A stretch of DNA of 64,000 bases from an uncultured Acidobacteriota bacterium (GTDB lineage Bacteria > Acidobacteriota > Polarisedimenticolia > J045), in assembly GCA_963702425.1 (NCBI GenBank), contig CAVPCQ010000010.1, forward strand, positions 1 to 64,000, in the 5' to 3' direction. A model generated the notes under the pieces. The model was given only the letters and a program-made list of their open reading frames with translations. It was not told where the DNA came from and made no database searches. How positions within the stretch are numbered: the stretch's first letter is position 1; each line of letters opens with the position of its first letter. This document shows, in pieces, positions 54,826 to 62,119 of this stretch. The position numbers and the translations under genes were made by a program.

Positions 54826-55392
54826 ATGTCGGAACCGGGCCGCCAGCGTCTGCTGACCTACGCGGACTACGCCGCACTTCCCGACGACGGGCATCGCTAC
54901 CAGCTCCTCGAGGGGGAACTGGTCATGACGCCGTCGCCCAACCGGTGGCACCAGCAGGTTTCGGCGAAGCTCCTCTCCGAGCTGTTGATCCACGCGGAGA
55001 AGCTCGGGCTTGGCGTCGTCTTCGCCGCCCCCCTCGACGTCACGCTGGACGACGGCAACGTGGTCCAGCCGGACATTCTCTTCGTTTCGAAGGAGCGGTC
55101 CGGGATCCTGCAGGGCGGGCGCGTGATCGGTGCTCCCGATCTCTGCATCGAGATCCTCTCGCCCGGCAGCGAGCGCCTCGACCGGGTGCGCAAGCTGGAG
55201 CTTTACGCGCGCTTCGATGTCACGAACTACTGGATCGTCGACCTCGGCGCGCGAACGATCGAGGAGTACGTCCTTGCCGGCGACGTCTACCGGGCGCGGA
55301 GCATCGCCGCTTACGACGGACCGTTCCGGCCCGCGGCGCTTCCCGGCTTCGAGTTCCGTCTGAACGTGGTGCCGCTGCCGGACGGGTCCTGA
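54826..55392 (+). CDS. Uma2 family endonuclease, copy 3
   Basis: MSEPGRQRLLTYADYAALPDDGHRYQLLEGEL..VQPDILFV..APDLCIEILSPG; 567 bp. Confidence 0.9.
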   Translation: MSEPGRQRLLTYADYAALPDDGHRYQLLEGELVMTPSPNRWHQQVSAKLLSELLIHAEKLGLGVVFAAPLDVTLDDGNVVQPDILFVSKERSGILQGGRVIGAPDLCIEILSPGSERLDRVRKLELYARFDVTNYWIVDLGARTIEEYVLAGDVYRARSIAAYDGPFRPAALPGFEFRLNVVPLPDGS

Positions 55393-55435
55393 CGCGGCCC
55401 TTCCCGCACGAGCGGCCCGCCGGTTCACGCCGGGC

Positions 55436-55461
55436 GGGCCGGCACGGAGGCCGGCCCCTAC
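55436..55461 (-). repeat. GTAG-type REP element overlapping the VOC gene stop codon
   Basis: Reverse complement is identical to the REP at 51783-51808. Confidence 0.88.
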
Positions 55462-55838
55462 ACCTGGTAGAGCGCGAGGGCGGCGCCGGCCGGGTCGCGG
55501 ACGATCGCGGCGCGGCCTTCGCCCAGCTCGAACGGCGGCTTGACGACCGTCCCGCCGCGGGCGAGACACGCCGCGACGCTGGCCTCGAGGTCGGGGACCG
55601 TGACGTAGATCAGCCAGACCGCCGGGAGGTCGGCGTTCTCGCCCCGCGCGTGGCAGACACCGGCGACGGTCGTCCCGTCCGCGGGACGGTTCATGCAGAA
55701 GTCGGAATAGCCGCCCATGTCGACCTCGGTCACGGTCCAGCCGACGACCGCGCGGTAGAAGTCGCGCACCTCCGTCGCGTTCGCCACCGTGAGATCCGTC
55801 CATGCGATCGATCCGGGATGCTGCGTTTCGTCGGCCAA
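55458..55838 (-). CDS. VOC/glyoxalase family protein
   Basis: TTG start after GAGGAGGG; GSIAWTDLTV..FYRAVVGW..AGVCHARG..WLIYVTV..IVRDPAGA. Confidence 0.88.
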   Translation of the reverse strand: MADETQHPGSIAWTDLTVANATEVRDFYRAVVGWTVTEVDMGGYSDFCMNRPADGTTVAGVCHARGENADLPAVWLIYVTVPDLEASVAACLARGGTVVKPPFELGEGRAAIVRDPAGAALALYQV

Positions 55839-55889
55839 GGACCCTCCTCGCCGCCGCGTGCTAGGATCGCGCGCTCCGGCGGCCCGCTG

Positions 55890-58800
55890 ATGGAATCGTT
55901 TCTCGACAGCCTCGTCAAGGATACGCGCATCGGACCGTACGCGGTCTACCGCGGCGTCGCGCCGGCGCGCCCGGCGCGCTGGGCCGAGCCGGCGGTGGCC
56001 TGGCCCGCGGGCGCGCGCGAGGCGCTCGACGCGCTCGGCATCGACCGGCTCTACGCCCACCAGGCCGAGGCGCTCGAGCGCGCCGTGCGCGGCGAGAACG
56101 TCCTGCTGGCCACGCCGACCGCGTCGGGGAAGACGCTCGCCTATCTGCTGGCCTTCCTCGCCGCGCGCCAGCAGGACAGCGGCGCGCGGGCGATCTTCCT
56201 CTACCCGCTCAAGGCGCTGGCCCGCGACCAGCTCGCCGTCGTGCGGCGCGTCCTGTCGGCGCTCGGCTGCTCCGCCGCCGAGGCGGCCGAGGTCTACGAC
56301 GGCGACACGCCCGAGGCCCTGCGCCGCCGGATCCGCCGCGCGCCGCCGGCGGTGATCCTGACCAACCCCGACATGCTGCACCTGGGGATCCTGCCGTCGC
56401 ACGACACATGGGGCGGGTTCCTCGCGCAGCTCGGGCTGGTCGTGGTCGACGAGGCGCACGTCTACCGCGGGATCTTCGGCGCCCACGTCCACCACACGCT
56501 GCGGCGCCTGCTGCGGCTGGCGCGGCACCACGGGGCGCGGCCCCTGGTGATGGCCGGCTCGGCGACGATCGGCGAGCCGCAGGCCTTCGTCGAGACGCTG
56601 ACGGGGGAGCCCTTCGCGGCGATCCGCGACTCCGGCGCCCCGGCCGCGCTGCGCCACGTGCTGTTCCTCGACCCGCGCGGCGAGAGCCCGTACACGATCG
56701 CCACCCGCGTCGTCGGCGAGGCGGTCGCAGCCGGGCACAAGACGATCGCCTTCACCAAGGCCCGCCGGATCACCGAGCTGATGCACCAGTGGCTGCGCCA
56801 GCAGCGGCCCGAGCTGATGCAGCGGATCGCCTCCTACCGCTCGGGCTATCTGCCCGAGGAGCGGCGCGAGATCGAGCGGCGGCTGTTCGCGGGCGAGTTG
56901 ACCGGCGTGATCAGCACCTCGGCGCTGGAGGCCGGGATCGACGTCGGCGGCCTCGACGTCTGCGTGCTGGTCGGCTACCCGGGCTCGCTGGCCAACGCCT
57001 GGCAGCGGATCGGGCGCACCGGGCGGCAGGACCGCGAGTCGCTGGCGGTGCTGATCGCGCTACCCGACGCGCTCGACCACTACGTCACGCGCCACCCGGA
57101 GCATTTCTTCAGCGGCGAGTTCGAGCGCGTCGTGCTCGACCCGGACAACGACTCGATCGCGGACGCGCACCTGGAGGCCGCGGCGGCCGAGCGCTCGATC
57201 GACCCCGCGGACGTGATCCAGCTCCAGGGCGAGCACGGGATGGAGCGCGTTCAGCGCCTGGTCGCGGCCGGGAAGCTGGTCGAGGTCGAGGGGGACGAGC
57301 GCTGGTTCGCGCTGCGCCGCCAGCCGCAGCGGGATATCGCGCTGCGCAGCGCCGGGACCGCCTACGCGCTGAAGCTGCGCGATGGCCGCGAGATCGGCTC
57401 GATGGACGAAGCGCGCGCCTGGTTCGAGGGGCATCCGGGGGCGATCTACCTGCACGCCGGCCAGACCTACCGCGCGCTGTCGCTCGAGCGCGAGACGCGG
57501 ACGATCACGCTCGAGCCGGCCGAAGTCGACTACTTCACCCAGGTCTACGCGCGGAAGGAAACCGAGATCCTCGAGACCTTCGAGGAGCGACCGATCGGCG
57601 CTGGCCGGCTGGCGTGGGGCCGCGTGCGCGTCACGACCTTCATCGAGGGCTACGGCAAGCGCCGGCTGTTCGGGCAGGAAGAGATCAGCCGCCACCCGCT
57701 CGATGCGCCGCCGCAGGTGCTGGAGACGGTCTCGTTCTGGGTCGTCTTCCCCGAGGAGCTGCTGCCGCACCTGGTGGCCGACGAGTACCACCCGGCGGGA
57801 TCGCTGCACGCCGCCGAACACGCCTCGATTGGCCTCTTCCCGCTGCTCGCGATCTGCGACCGCTGGGACCTCGGCGGGATCTCCTACGCACACCACCCGC
57901 AGTTCGATCGGCCGGCGGTCTTCGTCTACGACGGTTGGCCGGGGGGCGTCGGCCTGGCGCGCACCGGCTTCGCGCGTGCCGAGGAGCTGTTCGCGCGGAC
58001 CCGCGCGCTGATCGCGGCCTGCCCGTGCGAGGACGGCTGCCCGGCCTGCGTCCACTCGCCCAAGTGCGGCTCGGGCAACACCCCGCTCGACAAGCTGGGC
58101 GCGCTCGTCGTGCTCGGCGTGACGACGGGCGAGGTCGTGCCGGTCGCGGCCCCGCTGCCGGACGGCGCGCTGGCCTCGTCGCTGGCGACGCATCGCACGA
58201 AGGCCCACGCCGGCGTGCGCGGCGGCGGCGCGCTTCCGGACGACTTCTTTGCTGCGCCGACCGACGCCGATGGCGACCCTGCTCCCGCCGATCCGGACGC
58301 CCGTAGGGGCCGGCCTCTGTGCCGGCCCGAACAGGCCGCCGGCGACGGTGCCATCGGTGACTTCGGGCCGGCACAGAGGCCGGCCCCTACGGTTCGCGAG
58401 GAATGGCCCGATGGTCTGCCGCTGCCTTCGGATCTGCTGCGCCCCGAGGACGGCCGCTGGCTCTTCTTCGACCTCGAAACGCTGCGCGGGGCGGACGAGG
58501 TCGGTGGCTGGGACCGGATCCGCGACATGGGCCTGGCGCTCGCGGTGACGCTCGACACGACGACCGGGCTCTTCACCACGTGGTTCGAACACGACGCCGG
58601 CGCGCTCGCGGACCTGCTCCTCGCTGCCGACCGCGTCGTCGGGTTCAATCTCGACCGCTTCGACCTCACGGTCCTCGAAGCCTACGCCGGCCCGCGCATC
58701 CGGCAGGTCCGGAGCCTCGACCTTCTGACGCTGCTCCACCAGCGCCTGGGGTTCCGCGTCAGCCTCGGCCACCTCGCGCAGGAGACGCTGGGCGCGCCGA

Positions 58801-58982
58801 AGCTGGCCGACGGGCTGCAGTCGCTGGCCTGGGTCCGGGAGGGTCGGCTCGACCTGGTCGAGCCCTATTGCCGCGCCGACGTCCGGCTCACCGCGGCGCT
58901 CTGGGCCCACGGCCGCGCGCGCGGGCACGTGCTGTTCCGGAACCGCGAAGGGCTGCGGGGAAGGGTTCCGGTCGCCTGGTGA
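55890..58982 (+). CDS. DEAD/DEAH helicase with DUF1998 (MrfA/YprA-like) fused to an RNase H-like exonuclease (MrfB/YprB-like)
   Basis: TPTASGKT, YPLKALARDQ, TNPDMLH, DEAH, SATIG, QRIGRTGR, CPCEDGCPACV, then FFDLET..GFNLDRFD..YCRADV. Confidence 0.9.
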   Translation: MESFLDSLVKDTRIGPYAVYRGVAPARPARWAEPAVAWPAGAREALDALGIDRLYAHQAEALERAVRGENVLLATPTASGKTLAYLLAFLAARQQDSGARAIFLYPLKALARDQLAVVRRVLSALGCSAAEAAEVYDGDTPEALRRRIRRAPPAVILTNPDMLHLGILPSHDTWGGFLAQLGLVVVDEAHVYRGIFGAHVHHTLRRLLRLARHHGARPLVMAGSATIGEPQAFVETLTGEPFAAIRDSGAPAALRHVLFLDPRGESPYTIATRVVGEAVAAGHKTIAFTKARRITELMHQWLRQQRPELMQRIASYRSGYLPEERREIERRLFAGELTGVISTSALEAGIDVGGLDVCVLVGYPGSLANAWQRIGRTGRQDRESLAVLIALPDALDHYVTRHPEHFFSGEFERVVLDPDNDSIADAHLEAAAAERSIDPADVIQLQGEHGMERVQRLVAAGKLVEVEGDERWFALRRQPQRDIALRSAGTAYALKLRDGREIGSMDEARAWFEGHPGAIYLHAGQTYRALSLERETRTITLEPAEVDYFTQVYARKETEILETFEERPIGAGRLAWGRVRVTTFIEGYGKRRLFGQEEISRHPLDAPPQVLETVSFWVVFPEELLPHLVADEYHPAGSLHAAEHASIGLFPLLAICDRWDLGGISYAHHPQFDRPAVFVYDGWPGGVGLARTGFARAEELFARTRALIAACPCEDGCPACVHSPKCGSGNTPLDKLGALVVLGVTTGEVVPVAAPLPDGALASSLATHRTKAHAGVRGGGALPDDFFAAPTDADGDPAPADPDARRGRPLCRPEQAAGDGAIGDFGPAQRPAPTVREEWPDGLPLPSDLLRPEDGRWLFFDLETLRGADEVGGWDRIRDMGLALAVTLDTTTGLFTTWFEHDAGALADLLLAADRVVGFNLDRFDLTVLEAYAGPRIRQVRSLDLLTLLHQRLGFRVSLGHLAQETLGAPKLADGLQSLAWVREGRLDLVEPYCRADVRLTAALWAHGRARGHVLFRNREGLRGRVPVAW
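58303..58390. repeat. Inverted REP doublet (REPIN-like) inside the helicase coding sequence
   Basis: GTAGGGGCCGGCCTCTGTGCCGGCCC at 58303-58328 and its exact reverse complement at 58365-58390. Confidence 0.9.
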
Positions 58983-59055
58983 GAGGCGGAACGGCCCCGG
59001 CGGCGGGCCCCGCGATCCCGTGCCATCATGGGGAACGATCGCGGGAGGTGGGGAA

Positions 59056-59391
59056 GTGCTCGTGAGTCACCAGTTGCGGGGAAAAGTCTGCGTGGTCGAG
59101 CTGCACGGCGACGTTCGCGTCGGTCCCGCCGACCGGGCATTCCGCGACGGGATCAAGGACCTGATCGCGAAGGGGCAGAAGCACATCGTCGTCGATTTCG
59201 CGGGCGTCCAGTTCATCGACAGCACCGGCCTGGGCGACCTCGCCGGGCTGCGGGCCACCGCGGTGAAGGCCGGCGGCAACGTCAAGCTGTCGGGATTGAG
59301 CAAGCGGCTCCTCGAGCTGCTGGTCCTGACCCGAATGGACCTCGTGTTCGAGATCTTTCCCAGCGCGGACGAGGCCGTCGCGTCGTACTGA
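59056..59391 (+). CDS. STAS-domain anti-anti-sigma factor
   Basis: VVDFAGVQFIDSTGLG with conserved Ser; GGAGGTG RBS before GTG 59056. Confidence 0.88.
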   Translation: MLVSHQLRGKVCVVELHGDVRVGPADRAFRDGIKDLIAKGQKHIVVDFAGVQFIDSTGLGDLAGLRATAVKAGGNVKLSGLSKRLLELLVLTRMDLVFEIFPSADEAVASY

Positions 59392-59594
59392 CGGGGACGG
59401 CGGCGCTAGCGGGGCGAAGGGCCTCGCGCCCCGCAACCCGGCGCCGGCGCGGCCTCATCCGGCTTCGGGACTGCCGCCCCTTCGGGGCCCGTCCCCCCGG
59501 GGTGACGATTCGGCCCCCCCCCGGTAGACTTCTCCGTTTCCCGCCCCCCGGGGGGCCGATCCGAGGCACCCATGCCCAAGCTGAGCCGCCGCCC

Positions 59595-60338
59595 GTGAAG
59601 CGACACCGAGCCTCTGCCGCGCCGACCGGCGCGCGCTGCGCGGCGCTCGCCCTGGCGGCGCTGGCTGCCGCGGCCTGTGGCGGCGGCGCGCCGTCGGAGG
59701 AGAAGCCCCCGGCCGACGTCGTCTTCGCGTCGCAGGAGGCCGTCCTCGAGAGCCGGACCGAGAAGGACGCCACCTTCAAGACCGATGCCGACAGCCCGAT
59801 CCCGGAGGAGATGCGCGCCTCGTTCGCGGCACTCGAGTACTTCCCGTACGACCCCGCGCTGCGCTTCACCGCCAAGCTGCGCCGCTACCCCCACCCGCCG
59901 CCGATCAAGATCATCACCACGTCGGGGAAGGAGCGGCCGGCGGTGAAGGCCGGCTACCTCGAGTTCACGCACGAAGGGAAGCGGCACCGGCTGCAGGTCT
60001 ACAGCCTGCGCGACAAGGACATCCCGCCGGAGCAGTGGGGCAACCTGTTCCTGCCGTTCCTCGACGCGACGTCCGGCCAGCAGACCTACGGCGCCGGACG
60101 GTACCTCGACCTCGACGCCCGGCCGGACGACTGGTACGTGATCGATTTCAACCTCGCCTACCATCCCCTGTGCGCGTACGGCCGGACGATCTATCGCTGC
60201 CCGCGCACCCCGGATGAGAATCGCCTGCCGTTCCCGGTGCGCGCCGGGGAAAAGGGCTGGGCGGACCACGGGTCCGCCGTCGTCGCCCCCGTGGCGGCGG
60301 CCGGCGCGCCCCCCGAGACGGACAAGAAAGGACACTGA
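59595..60338 (+). CDS. DUF1684 family protein, probable lipoprotein
   Basis: LAAAACGG lipobox-like; DSPIP..LEYFPYDP, LFLPFLDATSG..TYGAGRYL, IDFNLAYHPLCAY..CP. Confidence 0.85.
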   Translation: MKRHRASAAPTGARCAALALAALAAAACGGGAPSEEKPPADVVFASQEAVLESRTEKDATFKTDADSPIPEEMRASFAALEYFPYDPALRFTAKLRRYPHPPPIKIITTSGKERPAVKAGYLEFTHEGKRHRLQVYSLRDKDIPPEQWGNLFLPFLDATSGQQTYGAGRYLDLDARPDDWYVIDFNLAYHPLCAYGRTIYRCPRTPDENRLPFPVRAGEKGWADHGSAVVAPVAAAGAPPETDKKGH

Positions 60339-60341
60339 GCC

Positions 60342-60869
60342 ATGATCCCCGACAAGATCTTCGTGGTGGGCTTCATCGGGTCACGCACCCGGGAGATCGC
60401 CCAGGTGCTGGCGGAACGCGTCGATCGCCCGCATTTCGACACCGACCAGGTGGTCGAGGCGTCGGCGCGCATGTCGCTCGCCGAGCTGTTCCGCAACGAG
60501 GGCGAGAGCGGCTACCGGCAGCGGGAGCGGCGCGCCGTCGTGTCGGTCTCCACCGGCCCGCCGGCGATCATCTCGACCGGCCACCGAAGCTTCGTGGACC
60601 GCGGCAATCGGCGCACGATGCAACAGTTCGGCGTGGCGGTCTTCGTCGACGCGACGCTCGAGGAGTGCCTGAAAGACGCGCTCGATCACGGCCTGCTGCG
60701 GATCGACGATCCGAACAACGAGCGCTTCTCCACGCTCTACGAGGCCCAGCGCTACGAATACGAGGCGGCCGACGTGATCGTCGAGCCGATGGGGCGCGAC
60801 CCCGAGACCGTCGCCGACGAGATCATGCAGCGCCTCGAGGACCGTGTCTGGTCCGAGAAGCTGACCTGA
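60342..60869 (+). CDS. Shikimate kinase-like protein with degenerate Walker A
   Basis: FDTD, ELFRNEGESGYRQRE, IISTG match the AroK pattern, but the P-loop reads GFIGSRTR. Confidence 0.75.
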   Translation: MIPDKIFVVGFIGSRTREIAQVLAERVDRPHFDTDQVVEASARMSLAELFRNEGESGYRQRERRAVVSVSTGPPAIISTGHRSFVDRGNRRTMQQFGVAVFVDATLEECLKDALDHGLLRIDDPNNERFSTLYEAQRYEYEAADVIVEPMGRDPETVADEIMQRLEDRVWSEKLT

Positions 60870-60878
60870 GGCCCGCTG

Positions 60879-61415
60879 ATGAGCGAACTGAACAACGCTC
60901 GGGGACTCGGGTTCGGACGCGTCCTCGGCGCGCTGTCCGGCGTGACCGGCATCGCGCTGCTCGCCGCGGTCGTCTCGGCCCAGTTGTCGCAGGACCTGGC
61001 GCGGCGGTTGCCGGTCTTCCCGTTCTTCGACCGGATCGCGCGCTTCCACACGCCCCCCGCTGCGGTGGCGGCACTGACGGTGGCGGGATTGCTGCTGGTC
61101 GTCGCCGCGTGGGGCCTGTTCTCGCGGCGGCGCTTCGTGACCTGGTTCTTCCCCGCGGCGGGGTGGATCGGGTTCCTCGTCACGCTGGCTGCGGCCTGGC
61201 CCCGGGAGCACCTCTGGAACCTGCTCGACTTCGGCTTGAAGACGGCGCAGAAAGCCGGGCGGGTGCCGGACACCGCGACCGTCTACGACCTGCTGCGGGC
61301 CACGGTGCCGGGGTGGGTCTGGCCGACGCTCATCCTGGCGCTCGTGGCGTGGGTTCTGCTGCTGGTCGCGGGGACGGTCTACCTGCGCCGGAACAGGGAT
61401 CTCTACCCGAGGTGA
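60879..61415 (+). CDS. Hypothetical membrane protein (about 4 TM)
   Basis: Four hydrophobic segments; operonic spacing. Confidence 0.65.
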   Translation: MSELNNARGLGFGRVLGALSGVTGIALLAAVVSAQLSQDLARRLPVFPFFDRIARFHTPPAAVAALTVAGLLLVVAAWGLFSRRRFVTWFFPAAGWIGFLVTLAAAWPREHLWNLLDFGLKTAQKAGRVPDTATVYDLLRATVPGWVWPTLILALVAWVLLLVAGTVYLRRNRDLYPR

Positions 61416-61433
61416 CGCGGCGGCAGGGCGCTG

Positions 61434-61439
61434 TATAAT
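61434..61439 (+). promoter_or_regulatory. Consensus -10 box TATAAT
   Basis: TATAAT 43 bp before ATG 61483, which has a GGAGGAG RBS. Confidence 0.5.
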
Positions 61440-61482
61440 TCCACCGGCGTCCTAAGTAAGTCGCGCCCCGGGAGGAGTACCC

Positions 61483-62017
61483 ATGCGTCGTGCCGGTCTC
61501 GTCGCTCTCGCCCATCTCGCCCTACTCGCACCCGCGCCGGTCGCCTTGGCCCAGCACGATCACGGCGCGACCGCGGCCAAGGCTCCGAATGCGTCCTTCG
61601 AGAAACTCAAGTCGCTCGAGGGGACATGGACCGGAAAGGCCGGCCCGAAGGGGGGCGAAGCCACCGAAGCGACCGTGACCTACAAGCTCACCGGCGGGGG
61701 GAGCGCGCTGGTCGAGACGCTCTTTCCCGGGACGCCGCACGAAATGGTGACGGTCTACACCGTCGACGGCGCCGAGCGTTCGCCTCACGCACTACTGCGC
61801 GGCCGGCAACCAGCCCAGCATGAAGCTCGCGGGCGTCGACGGGAACACGATGCGGTTCGATTTCGTTTCGGGCGCCAACATGAAGCTCTCCGACATGCAC
61901 ATGCACTCGGCCGCAATCACGATCGTCGACGCGAACCACGTCGTCACCGAGTGGACGGCGTGGCGCGACGGCAAGCCGGCGGAGGTGATGGTCTTCGAAC
62001 TGGGCCGCAAACCGTAG
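61483..62017 (+). CDS. Hypothetical exported protein (frameshift near 61780)
   Basis: Signal peptide, FEKLKSLEGTWTG..TPHEMVTVY, then LTHYCAAGNQPSMKL..HMHS in a shifted frame; stop is the TAG of a REP. Confidence 0.75.
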
Positions 62018-62058
62018 GGGCCGGCCTCTGTGCCGGCCCGCGGCCTCTGTGCCGGCCC
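62014..62058 (+). repeat. GTAG-type REP plus partial tandem duplicate
   Basis: GTAGGGGCCGGCCTCTGTGCCGGCCC at 62014-62039, then CGGCCTCTGTGCCGGCCC at 62041-62058. Confidence 0.85.
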
Positions 62059-62119
62059 GCCGACCGGGAGGCGGTCAAGCGCGCCCGGCGGATCTCTGCG
62101 GCTGGAACGGCCCTCCGGC

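Noticed and set aside
59400-59560. GC-rich inverted repeats around a TAGACT -10-like box
   Set aside because: Mostly C/G homopolymer pairing, explained by a terminator-like hairpin plus promoter; no second copy or covariation to support more.
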